Position numbers and translations under genes: made by a program | Notes under the pieces: generated by a model | The model's input: the letters and a program-made list of their open reading frames with translations, nothing else | Database searches by the model: none | Told to the model about the DNA's origin: nothing | Shown: positions 38,087 through 47,142 of the stretch, in pieces | Numbering within the stretch: the stretch's first letter is position 1 | Layout: each line of letters begins with the position of its first letter | Source: Chthoniobacteraceae bacterium | GTDB taxonomy: Bacteria > Verrucomicrobiota > Verrucomicrobiia > Chthoniobacterales > Chthoniobacteraceae | Direction: 5' to 3' | Assembly: GCA_031409655.1 (NCBI GenBank) | Contig: JANNXQ010000147.1 | Location: 1 to 48,604 of the forward strand | DNA: 48,604 nucleotides

Positions 38087-38112
38087 AGACAGCCAGGTCG
38101 TCCGGCTGTTCA
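38087..38112 (-). promoter_or_regulatory. Candidate autoregulatory ECF promoter (overlaps a hairpin)
   Basis: Minus strand tGAAC-N17-GTCT, 33 nt upstream of the sigma ATG; the same bases also form an acagccgg/ctggctgt hairpin. Confidence 0.4.
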
Positions 38113-38134
38113 AAATTCCCAGAGGAACTTCTTC

Positions 38135-38506
38135 CTAAATCGCCCCGCCGGGCTGCCGCGCGGCGCGCCGGATGACCACCGCCACATAGGCCGTATCCGG
38201 GAGGATGAATTTCCTCAACTCCACCTCGATCGCCGCCACCGCAAAGCGCTCGAGCACGAGGTCTGCGATCTCCTCCGCCAGCGTCTCGATCAACTTCCGC
38301 GGTCGCGCGGCACTCAGTCCCTTCACTTCTTCGCAGACTGCAAAGTAATCGACCGTCTTCGCCAGTTCATCGCCCAATCCGCGAAAATCGCGATGCGGCT
38401 CGAACGTGAGGCTCACGGTGAGCCGCTGGGCCGCGGCGCGCTCCGCGTCCGGCACGCCGATGTGGGCGGAGAGTTCGAGGTTCTCGATGTGGATGTGATC
38501 GGTCAT
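38135..38506 (-). CDS. folB: Dihydroneopterin aldolase
   Basis: HIGVPDAER...QRL, DELAKTVDY, LIETLAEEIA, ELRK. Confidence 0.9.
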   Translation of the reverse strand: MTDHIHIENLELSAHIGVPDAERAAAQRLTVSLTFEPHRDFRGLGDELAKTVDYFAVCEEVKGLSAARPRKLIETLAEEIADLVLERFAVAAIEVELRKFILPDTAYVAVVIRRAARQPGGAI

Positions 38507-38865
38507 CCGATGCGAAACTGGATCTCGCGCACCGTCCGTGCGCCGAAGCGTTCCTTGAGCCGAGCGAGGATCTCGCGTTTCCAGACGCGCTCAAGCTCGT
38601 AGCGGATCGTGGGCTGGAGCACGTGGACCGTGAGCACGCCGTCCTTCAGCCGCTGCGGACACGAGTGTTTCGCCACAAAATCCCCGACGATCCCCAGCCA
38701 CGCCGCGAGCACCTCCTTCTCATTGAGCCGCTCCTTTAGCCCGAGCCCGCTCATCAATTTCGCCACGGCTTCGCCGACACCGACCGTCCGATCGCGCGTG
38801 ACGGGCGGCTCCTGATAGCCACGCCATTCGGCAAGAGCCAGGGCGCGGAGTCGGTCGGGTCGCAT
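38503..38865 (-). CDS. DciA/DUF721-family protein
   Basis: AWLGIVGDFVAKHSCPQRLKDGVLTVHV...IL..L...VREIQF. Confidence 0.8.
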   Translation of the reverse strand: MRPDRLRALALAEWRGYQEPPVTRDRTVGVGEAVAKLMSGLGLKERLNEKEVLAAWLGIVGDFVAKHSCPQRLKDGVLTVHVLQPTIRYELERVWKREILARLKERFGARTVREIQFRIG

Positions 38866-38921
38866 GAGCAGAGGAGTGTCCACGAAAGCCGCGGAATGAC
38901 ACGAAAAAGGATTTCTCTCCC

Positions 38922-39746
38922 CTATCCTTGCGTAGTTGCACCGCCCAGCGACCGCTTCACTTCCTCCAGAAGCTGCGCGTCCATTTCCACTAGCTGCGCA
39001 CGCTCCGGAAAACGGCCGTCCTGCACATCGGCGACGTATTCGCGAAAGGCCGCGACGCGCTCCTCCTGCAGGCGGCGATGCTCCGCGAGGAAATTGCGGT
39101 AAGCCTTGGCGTGCCGCGGTGGGCGCTCCTCGTAATCGCCGAGGATGTCATCGGAGAAAAGAAACTGCGTGTCGCAGCCGCTGCCGGAGCCGAGCGACAT
39201 CAGGATCAGCGTCGTCTGCGAACACAGGAAGCGCGCGAGATTGTGCGGCACGACTTCGAGTTCCGCGGCATACGCGCCCGCACTTTCCAGCTCCTTCATG
39301 CGCCGATGGAGCTGCTCCGCTTCCGCCACCGTCTTCCCGATCGCCCGATACCCCGTCCAGGTGATGTGCCGCGGCACGATCCCGAGATGTCCGACGACCG
39401 GCAGCCCCTCCCGCGCCATCGCCTCGATGAGCCACGGACTGCCCGAGCAATAGACCGAACTCGCCCCCAGCTCGAGCGCCTGAAAGCCAATGCGGATCGC
39501 CTCCTCCGGCGATGCCATCCCGTGCGGCGTCGCGGCGGAGAGAAAGCTCGTCGGCGCTGCTTCCACGAGCCGCGGCAGCCGCGCCTGCGCCTCCGGCGAA
39601 TCGAAGCTGCAACTCATCAGATCCACGCCCGCCTGCTCCGCGGCCGCTGCTTCCTCCGGCGATTTTACGTGGATGTGGGTGAGGCAACGCTGGCCTTTGA
39701 GCTGCCGGAGATCGTGGACGGTGTACTTCTTTCGGGGGCGGAGCAT
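38922..39746 (-). CDS. PanB-like (ketopantoate hydroxymethyltransferase fold) protein with divergent active site
   Basis: VVGHLGIVP, GKT..EA, AGAYAAELEVVP, GSGSGCDTQ, DILG, Y..DV..GRFP; canonical TAYD, VGDSLG, DMPF and KLEG are absent. Confidence 0.75.
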   Translation of the reverse strand: MLRPRKKYTVHDLRQLKGQRCLTHIHVKSPEEAAAAEQAGVDLMSCSFDSPEAQARLPRLVEAAPTSFLSAATPHGMASPEEAIRIGFQALELGASSVYCSGSPWLIEAMAREGLPVVGHLGIVPRHITWTGYRAIGKTVAEAEQLHRRMKELESAGAYAAELEVVPHNLARFLCSQTTLILMSLGSGSGCDTQFLFSDDILGDYEERPPRHAKAYRNFLAEHRRLQEERVAAFREYVADVQDGRFPERAQLVEMDAQLLEEVKRSLGGATTQG

Positions 39747-39838
39747 GACCCCGGAAAGTGCTGAAACCGCCCCGCAAACTCAATCGCCATCGCTCCTGAA
39801 AAGCACCTCAGACTGAGCGGCCGAGCGGGATGTCCGCG

Positions 39839-42800
39839 TCACGGGCCGACCTCCAGTCGCAGGAACTTCCGGGTCTCGCCAGGCAGGATTGGGACGCTGC
39901 GGCGATACGAGTCGGTCGGTGAAAAATAGATTTCTGCTTCCACTCCTGACTCCGTCCAACTGCCCGGCGCGAGCGTGTCGGACCAGCGGGCGCGGTAATT
40001 CAGACCGGCGACACCTTTCCGGTAGGTGAGCGTGAGTTTCGGCGGGAGGTCGTCAGTCAAGTGGAGGGTCGGGGTAAAGAAGAGCGAGTCGGCCACGGTC
40101 GGATCGGCGCGGAAGGTAAACTCGCGGGCATTGTCGAGGCCGTCGCCGTCGGGGTCGCCACTGGCCGCGGCTCCCGGCGCGACCGGCGAGCCAAAGTAGA
40201 ACGTCTGCCACGAGGCAAAGTCCGTGAAGGGGGCGGGGGCATCCGTGAGGACGATTCCGCAGACCAGGGCGTTGTCCACTCTGATCACGAAATCGAGATT
40301 CAACACGCCATCCGCGACGGTCACGGGAAAGGTGAGTTCACAGGCGGTGAACGCGCCGGCGAGGGCGACGATATCGACCCCGTCCAGAGCCAGATCGCCT
40401 TCGGCGCGGACGGAGAAGACGCGCTGGTTACTCGCGCTCCAATAGACCTCCGCAAGCTTGAGCGTGACGAAGTAGGCGCCATTCGCGAGCGGGATGGCGT
40501 AGGCAAAAGTTCCGAAACGCACGTCCTGGTAGAGCGCGTCATCGGTGGTGCCGGCGATGCCGTTGGCGGTGGCGTAGGTGGCGCCACCGGTGGCGCCTTG
40601 GTCGGCCAGATAGCTCGTTCCATCCGCCCCGGAAAAGGCTGGGCCGCCCGCGTTGATCGCCAGCACCGTGCTCACGGTCTTGAAAGGAATGCGCGTCCCC
40701 GGCGCGATGGGATCGCCGGCGAGGTCGCGCACGCCGGAGATCGCCAGCACGTAGGGCTGATTCGCCGCGAGCGGGGAGGTCGCGAGCGTCACCGCGCGCT
40801 GATCCGGCGCGGGCGTCGCGGAGAGGATTGTGGCGCCGGTGAGCGTGTAGTTTGAGAACCGTCCGAGGGTTGCGGCATCCATGATTTTATCGAACTCAAC
40901 GGTCACCGTATTCGCCGGACGGCGGGCGCGGACTTGGGCAACGCGCGGCAACCGCGCGGTCAGCGTCGCGCCTTCGCCGCGGAAGCAGATCCAGTTCACG
41001 CGGAAGAGATCGGTGTCCCCAGGATTGCGCAAGAAGACGAAGAACAACTCCCGCGTGCCCCCCGGATCGGCGACCGGCGTGAGCACGTCGCCATAGCTCG
41101 TGGAGCCGCCGGTGTTCGGGATGAGCGCGGTGCCGAGCAGCGGCCCATTGGGTGCGTCCGCGTGAATCTCGACGCGCCCGCCACCCGCCGGCGCCGCCAC
41201 CCGAAAGCCGACTTGCTCGATGTTCAGCAGATTCACGGGGGAGAAAGAGAGGTGATCACCGTGATCGATACCGGTCACGTCGGATCGCCCGCCAGCCGGA
41301 TCTCCGGTCGCCACCACGGTGACTCCCGAGGCGCTCGTGAGGTGCTCGGCTTGCAGACACTTTGGCTGAAGCTGCACCGCGCTCCGGCCCGTGGCTGGAA
41401 GTACCCCCGGCGCCCCGCGATCCACATACGTGCCGCTGATGGCCAAGAAAATGTCGTCGCCAAAGAGATGCGAGTTTCCGGTGACGGTCGCGCCGCTCAC
41501 GCCAGAGGTCTGGCCGGTGCCGTGGGCGTGCGTGGCGTGGCCGAGGAGGTATTCCACAAGCAAGTCGTCCACATCGATGCCGCCTGTGACGGTGCTGCCG
41601 TCCTCGGGATCGTCGGCCCGCAGACTCCACGCGACTTCATCGCCCCAATCGAAAAACGCACCGTCCGGTGGCCAGGTGAAGGTGACGCTGGGTGCGGTGT
41701 TACCGACCCAGAATTCGAGACTCGCCGTCCCGGTCTTGCCGCGCGCATCGGTCACCCGCAGTTGCGCCGTGTAATTTCCAGCGGCCGCGTAAGTGTGCGT
41801 CGGATTCGGCGCCGTCGAGTCGATCGTGCCGTCGAGATTGAAATCCCAGGCAAAGCTGAGCGAGTCGCCCGGATCGGGATCGAATGAACCCGCACTGCTG
41901 AAATGCACGACCAACGGAACCGGCCCGCTGGTCACGTTGGCGGCCGGTTTGGCCACGGGCGTTTTGTTCGTCGGGTTGTACACGATCTTCACGAGCTGCG
42001 CGTCCGGGTTATTGCCGAGAAAGCCGTTGCCCCACTCGATGAGATACAGCGCGCCGTCCGGGCCGAAGGTGAGGTCGATCGGCCGACTCAGCGGAATCGT
42101 CGGCGCGAAGTCCACGAGCTTGAGCAGATTTCCCGCGGCGTCGGTCTTCACCTCGTAGATCCGGTTGCGCGACCACTCCATGAGGAAAAGCGTGCGATGA
42201 AAGTAGGCGGGGAAAGCCACCTCGGACACGAGCGCCGGGTCGTAGCGATACACCGCGCCGGCCATCGCCGTGCGATAGCCGGAGTTTCCGATCGCCGGGA
42301 ATTCCACCGGCGTGCCGTAAGGATACCAGAGCAGGGCACCGCGCGCGGGCGGAAGATTCACCGCGCCGGTGTTGTTGGGCGAATTGTTGACCGGCGCCAG
42401 CGGATTGAAAACGGGACCGGAGAGACCGGTGGCGAAGTCGTAGTCGCGGTACGATTTGTTATTCGCGATGAAATACGGCCAGCCGTAGTTGCCGGCCGTG
42501 GGGGCGACATTCAGCTCATCGAAACCCTCGGGGCCGCGCGCCGCATTGGGATCGCCAGCGTCCGGCCCCACATCGCCCCAATAGAGCACGCCGCTGACCG
42601 GATCGATCGCGATCCGGAAGGGATTGCGGCAGCCCATCACGTAGATCTCCGGGCGCGTGAGCGGCGTGCCGGGTGGAAAAAGATTCCCCGCGGGGATCGT
42701 CGCCGTGCCGTCCGGCTCCGGGTGGATGCGCAGCACTTTTCCGTGAAAAGTGTTCGTGTTGCCGGACGATTTTTGCGCGTCAAAGGCGGCGCGTCCCGGA

Positions 42801-44032
42801 CGTTCATCGATCGGCGCGTAACCTCCCGAATCCCACGGCGCCGTCCGGTCCCCGATGGAAAGATACAGATTTCCTCCCAGCCCGAACTCCAGGCCCCCGC
42901 CCGAGTGCCGGCCATCCGCGCGATCCGTTTCCACGCGCAAAAGCACCCGCTCCGAGCCGGGCACGAGCGAGTTGCCGGCGATGGTGAAACGCGAGAGCAC
43001 ATTCTCCGGCACCGCACCCTCCGGCGCGCAGTAAAGATAGATCCAGCCATTCGCGGCAAAGGCCGGATCAAGCGCCAGGGCGAGCAACCCATCGTCCACC
43101 CCGGTAAAGACCGGCAGAGTCCCCACGACGGTCGTCGCCTGCGTGATGGGCGAATACACTTTCAGTTTTCCACCGCGCTCGGCGAAAAACACGCGCCCAT
43201 CCGCCGCCACCTCCAGCGCGATCGGATCATTCACGCCATCATCGAGCACGATCTTCTCGTAGCGCGCATTCACCGTCCCGCCGGCGTCGCCCGGCGCGCG
43301 CCCCGCCGCCCATTCGATGCCCCCACGCAAATGCGCGAGGAACCCCAGCTCCGCATAAGTCTCCGCCGTGTGTCCCAGAGCCGTGTACCAGGTGCGCCCA
43401 CCCTCAAACTCCCGGCACCACGAGATCGGATGATCGTGCCCCATACTCCCACCCACCACGGTGCTCTCATCGAGCGTCGCGAGCACGTGGACGGTGCCGC
43501 GCGGATTCGTTTGAAAATTGTACCACTCATCCGTGCGCACCCAGCGTTCCGGCAGCGGGCTCGTGGAGGGATGCACCCGATCCAGAGCCAGCACGGTGCC
43601 CTGCTGGATCGCGTGGTGACTTTGGAAATACGCCCCGACGAGCTGCCCATACCAGGGCCACGCATATTCCGTATCTGCCGCCGAGTGGACGCCCACCCAG
43701 CCGCCGCCGTTGTGGATGAATTGCTCGAGCGCGGCCTGTTGGCCGGCGTCGAGAATCTCACCCGTGGTCAGGAGAAAAATGACCGCCTCGAATTGCGCCA
43801 GGTTCGCCGCGTTGAACTCCGCCGCATCCTCCGTCGCCACCACGTCAAAATTATGCGCGAACCCGAGTTGCTGAATGGCCGCGACGCCCGCCGGGATCGA
43901 GGCGTGCCGAAAGCCGGTGGTCTTGGAAAAGACGAGCACCCGGAAGTCATGAGCCCGCGCGATCGGCAGCGCCGCATACATCCACGCCAAGACCGCAAGC
44001 CAGCAGGCGCGGCGGATGGACAATGGACTCAT
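39839..44032 (-). CDS. Secreted multidomain protein: ThuA, glucose/sorbosone (PQQ-type) dehydrogenase, PKD, CBM6-like, Ig-like, malectin, conserved C-terminal domain
   Basis: VLVFSKTTGFRHASI, DEWYNF, YTALGH (ThuA); HSGGGLEFG, GKVLRI, GCRNPFR, NYGWP (GSDH); FSSAGSFDPD...WDF...PTHTY (PKD); QAEH...VNW (CBM6); AINAGG...LYQ..R.G...FSV (malectin). Confidence 0.88.
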   Translation of the reverse strand: MSPLSIRRACWLAVLAWMYAALPIARAHDFRVLVFSKTTGFRHASIPAGVAAIQQLGFAHNFDVVATEDAAEFNAANLAQFEAVIFLLTTGEILDAGQQAALEQFIHNGGGWVGVHSAADTEYAWPWYGQLVGAYFQSHHAIQQGTVLALDRVHPSTSPLPERWVRTDEWYNFQTNPRGTVHVLATLDESTVVGGSMGHDHPISWCREFEGGRTWYTALGHTAETYAELGFLAHLRGGIEWAAGRAPGDAGGTVNARYEKIVLDDGVNDPIALEVAADGRVFFAERGGKLKVYSPITQATTVVGTLPVFTGVDDGLLALALDPAFAANGWIYLYCAPEGAVPENVLSRFTIAGNSLVPGSERVLLRVETDRADGRHSGGGLEFGLGGNLYLSIGDRTAPWDSGGYAPIDERPGRAAFDAQKSSGNTNTFHGKVLRIHPEPDGTATIPAGNLFPPGTPLTRPEIYVMGCRNPFRIAIDPVSGVLYWGDVGPDAGDPNAARGPEGFDELNVAPTAGNYGWPYFIANNKSYRDYDFATGLSGPVFNPLAPVNNSPNNTGAVNLPPARGALLWYPYGTPVEFPAIGNSGYRTAMAGAVYRYDPALVSEVAFPAYFHRTLFLMEWSRNRIYEVKTDAAGNLLKLVDFAPTIPLSRPIDLTFGPDGALYLIEWGNGFLGNNPDAQLVKIVYNPTNKTPVAKPAANVTSGPVPLVVHFSSAGSFDPDPGDSLSFAWDFNLDGTIDSTAPNPTHTYAAAGNYTAQLRVTDARGKTGTASLEFWVGNTAPSVTFTWPPDGAFFDWGDEVAWSLRADDPEDGSTVTGGIDVDDLLVEYLLGHATHAHGTGQTSGVSGATVTGNSHLFGDDIFLAISGTYVDRGAPGVLPATGRSAVQLQPKCLQAEHLTSASGVTVVATGDPAGGRSDVTGIDHGDHLSFSPVNLLNIEQVGFRVAAPAGGGRVEIHADAPNGPLLGTALIPNTGGSTSYGDVLTPVADPGGTRELFFVFLRNPGDTDLFRVNWICFRGEGATLTARLPRVAQVRARRPANTVTVEFDKIMDAATLGRFSNYTLTGATILSATPAPDQRAVTLATSPLAANQPYVLAISGVRDLAGDPIAPGTRIPFKTVSTVLAINAGGPAFSGADGTSYLADQGATGGATYATANGIAGTTDDALYQDVRFGTFAYAIPLANGAYFVTLKLAEVYWSASNQRVFSVRAEGDLALDGVDIVALAGAFTACELTFPVTVADGVLNLDFVIRVDNALVCGIVLTDAPAPFTDFASWQTFYFGSPVAPGAAASGDPDGDGLDNAREFTFRADPTVADSLFFTPTLHLTDDLPPKLTLTYRKGVAGLNYRARWSDTLAPGSWTESGVEAEIYFSPTDSYRRSVPILPGETRKFLRLEVGP

Positions 44033-44227
44033 GGCAGCAGGAGTTCAGCACGCGCGATCGAAGTCCGTCGGAATTTCTCAGCGGCAAGGCGGCGAATCCG
44101 AAGCGCGCGACTGGCGTGTTTCGGAAGGTAGCGATGCGTCGCGGGCGTTGACGAGCGCCGTTTTATCGGCAGAACGCCCGCCAGGCACTTTCTTGCCGTG
44201 CCTCTCCCAGGGCGGGAGTCGCCGTAG

Positions 44228-47029
44228 CTACACCTCGCGCAGCGTCACATCATTCGTTGCCGCGACGCCGGTGTTGCCGATCTCGATCACATCCTTCGCC
44301 GGTGGCAAGGTGAGAGCGATGCTTACACCCGCGAGCTTGAAGCTGCCGATCTGCTGCGCGACGAAGCCGAAGTGATCGCCCGCCGCCGCGGTGCCCCGCA
44401 CCCGACCGCCGATGACCACCGCGCCGATGCGGCTGAAGAGCGCGGCGTTGTCCCCGGGGGCGACGACGAAGGCATCGTTCGTATCGCCGAACCGATTGCC
44501 CGCACCGGCGGCGATTCCAGCCACGAGGTCGCTCGCAATCCAATCGCCACCGACCGTGACCAGGCCGATCTGCGCGTCGCTGTTTTCGATCGTGTTCACG
44601 GCTTCGAGGCCGGCGAGGATCCGCGCGTTGCGCACGCTGCCACCGACGGTGAGTTTGCCGATGAGGACTTTGGACGGATTCGTGTCGAAGAAGCTGGTGA
44701 GATCGACCACGGCGATGACCAGGGGCGCGCCGTCGTCGCCGACGATCGAGCCGCCGACCATGAACTCCGCGACGGACTGGAGCTGGATGGCGGTCGTGCC
44801 CGCGGCGGTGCCCAGGACACTCCCGCCGATGGCGAGCTTGCCCACCCGCGCCGCGAGGATGAAGCCGCCCTGGACGCTCTGCTCGAAATTTCCGCGCACC
44901 GTGAGCGCGGTGACATCATCGGCAAAGACGGTGCCGGAATTGAATCCACCACCGCCGCGCACCGAGCCACCGATGAGGATCGCCGCGGTCTTGCTGGTGC
45001 CATCGACCTGGAGACTTCCGGAGTCACCCACGAGACCGCCGACCACATCGCCGAGGACGGTGACGGCGGTGACCCGCCCGCCCACAAGCACCACCCCGGA
45101 ATCCTCAGCGCCGCCGCCGCGGAGGTCGCCCTTGACCACGACGGAGGCAATCGCAACGCTGCTTTGGTTATCGAGGACAAACCGACCGCTTTCGGGGCCA
45201 TCCCCGCCGATCACGGAGCCTTCGACGACGGCGCTGGAAAAGGCGCCCTCGGCGCCGACGAGGCCCGAGCGCAGACCGTCGCCACCGAGGACGCTCCCGC
45301 GGATCAGAATCGTGGCCCCCTTGGTCCCGACATTTTTGAGATCCAGTACGCCGCTGTCGTTGCCGTCACCACCGCGCACGCTCCCGCCAATGAGCAGCGC
45401 CCCAAACCCCGGACTGCTGAGGATGCCATTGCCGTCGATCACGCCACTCCGACTCCCGGCACCGCCGAGCACATCGCCGCCGATGCGCAGGCTGCCGAAG
45501 CCGCCGTTGGCCAGGATCTTCCCGGAGTCCGTGCCATCGCCCACCAGATCCCCGCCGAGCGCGAAGGAGGCGATTTTTCCTCCGGAGAAAAAGCGACCGC
45601 CGCCAGTGCTGCCCGCGGCAAAGGAATTGCCCACGATCCGGCCGCTGATCGTGACTGCACCACCATTGCCGCCGATCGAAACGATGCCGGAATTGTCGCC
45701 CGCACCACCGCGCAGATCGCCGGTGAGCTTGAAGGTTTTCACCGCGCCGGTGATCTCGAGTTGGCCGCCGAGCGTCGCGTTCGGGATGGCGGAAACGATG
45801 TCCGCGGTGCCGCCAATGATGCTCCCGCGAATCTCCACGGCATCCACATTCCCGCCGACGAAAAGTCCGCCCGAGATGGCGCCGCCGCCGCCGCCCCGGA
45901 GGTCACCGCCGACAAAGACCGTCTTCACGGTGCCTGTTTTCACCGAGCCGCTGGCGTCGGTCGCCCCGCCGACCAGCGAGCCGCGGATGATCAGCGCACC
46001 GACGGCGCCGGTCTCGACGTGCCCTCCGTCGATCGAACCATTGACGGTCACGGCTTTCGCCACCCCGACAAAGAGCGAGCCCGCGCCGGTCGTCTGGCTG
46101 ACGATCGATCCGCCGATGAGCACGGTGCCGACATTGCCGACGCCGATATTCCCAGACGAGCTGCCGCTAAGCGCGTCCGAAAAGATCGAGCCGCGCACCA
46201 CGATGCTGCCGACCGACGCGCCGTTGTTTTCGATCTTCCCCGAGTCGATGATCGTGCCCGCGCGGATGTCGCCGCCGATGGTGATGGTGCCGACCTTGCC
46301 CGGAAAGAAGCGGCCCGAGCCAATGCCCGGGCCGCCGACGAGCGAGCCCTTGAGCGCGAAGGTGCCGACTTCCCCGGCAAAGATGGAGCCCGAATCGACG
46401 ACCGCGCCGCCGATCATGTCGCCGCCCACCGAGATGGTCTTCACCTGCCCCGTGAAGATCGCCCCGCGCAGGAGGGACCCACCCACCTTCAGGATGTCGA
46501 TCTTCGCCGCCGTCACCCGCGCATCCACGAGATCCGTCTTCACCGTGAAGGTGCCGACGCCGCCCGAAAGCGTGCTGATGAGATCGCCGCCCGCCGCCTG
46601 CGTCGTCGTGCCGAGCAGCCCGAGCGAGCCTGCGGTGAAGGTCTTCACCGCCTGCACGGCCCCGCCCGTGCCCGCGAGGAGGCGCCCGAGATCGCCGTCG
46701 ATCGCGATGGTCCCGAGATTGAGCGCCGCCCCGCCGCCCACCGTGCTCGCATCGAGGAAGCCGACCGCCGTCACCCCATCGCCGCCCGTTCCGACGCGCG
46801 TGGCGGTGACGGTGAGATCGGTGCCGTTGAAGATCGCGTTGTTGCTCAGGTCGATCTTCTGCAACTGCCGCGGCACATTGGCCGCCGTGTTAAAGGTCAG
46901 CACCCCGACCGCCCCGAGATCCGCGTTCGTGCCTTTGCTGGTCTTGACGGTGACGAGGTCGCCATCGGTGTCGGTGAAGGTGAAGACCGCCGCAGGGGCG
47001 ATGCGCGTTTCGAGGGGTTCGATGTTCAT
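44228..47029 (-). CDS. Large Gly-rich repeat (predicted beta-solenoid) extracellular protein with LEPR-XLL-like leader
   Basis: MNIEPLETRIAPA then FTDTDGDLVTV; many (I/V)xGsxxGGxGxxSG repeats. Start 47029 or 47044. Confidence 0.85.
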   Translation of the reverse strand: MNIEPLETRIAPAAVFTFTDTDGDLVTVKTSKGTNADLGAVGVLTFNTAANVPRQLQKIDLSNNAIFNGTDLTVTATRVGTGGDGVTAVGFLDASTVGGGAALNLGTIAIDGDLGRLLAGTGGAVQAVKTFTAGSLGLLGTTTQAAGGDLISTLSGGVGTFTVKTDLVDARVTAAKIDILKVGGSLLRGAIFTGQVKTISVGGDMIGGAVVDSGSIFAGEVGTFALKGSLVGGPGIGSGRFFPGKVGTITIGGDIRAGTIIDSGKIENNGASVGSIVVRGSIFSDALSGSSSGNIGVGNVGTVLIGGSIVSQTTGAGSLFVGVAKAVTVNGSIDGGHVETGAVGALIIRGSLVGGATDASGSVKTGTVKTVFVGGDLRGGGGGAISGGLFVGGNVDAVEIRGSIIGGTADIVSAIPNATLGGQLEITGAVKTFKLTGDLRGGAGDNSGIVSIGGNGGAVTISGRIVGNSFAAGSTGGGRFFSGGKIASFALGGDLVGDGTDSGKILANGGFGSLRIGGDVLGGAGSRSGVIDGNGILSSPGFGALLIGGSVRGGDGNDSGVLDLKNVGTKGATILIRGSVLGGDGLRSGLVGAEGAFSSAVVEGSVIGGDGPESGRFVLDNQSSVAIASVVVKGDLRGGGAEDSGVVLVGGRVTAVTVLGDVVGGLVGDSGSLQVDGTSKTAAILIGGSVRGGGGFNSGTVFADDVTALTVRGNFEQSVQGGFILAARVGKLAIGGSVLGTAAGTTAIQLQSVAEFMVGGSIVGDDGAPLVIAVVDLTSFFDTNPSKVLIGKLTVGGSVRNARILAGLEAVNTIENSDAQIGLVTVGGDWIASDLVAGIAAGAGNRFGDTNDAFVVAPGDNAALFSRIGAVVIGGRVRGTAAAGDHFGFVAQQIGSFKLAGVSIALTLPPAKDVIEIGNTGVAATNDVTLREV

Positions 47030-47142
47030 CAAGGGTGGGATCATCTGACCTCGCGGATGGTCACGTCCAGCGGCGCGGCGGTGAGCGGGGCAGCGAAGCA
47101 CGAGGGCGAGGAGGTTTGCATCAGGTCGGGCGTTTGATCGGA

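Noticed and set aside
38880..38940. cacgaaa...cacgaaa, a possible further 9-mer element
   Set aside because: Only one degenerate arm; no convincing complementary arm.
44372..47137. Two very long plus-strand ORFs (921 and 885 aa) opposite the Gly-rich gene
   Set aside because: Antisense shadows: GC-rich, Gly/Val/Ile-biased codons leave few stops on the other strand; the translations are low-complexity with no motifs.
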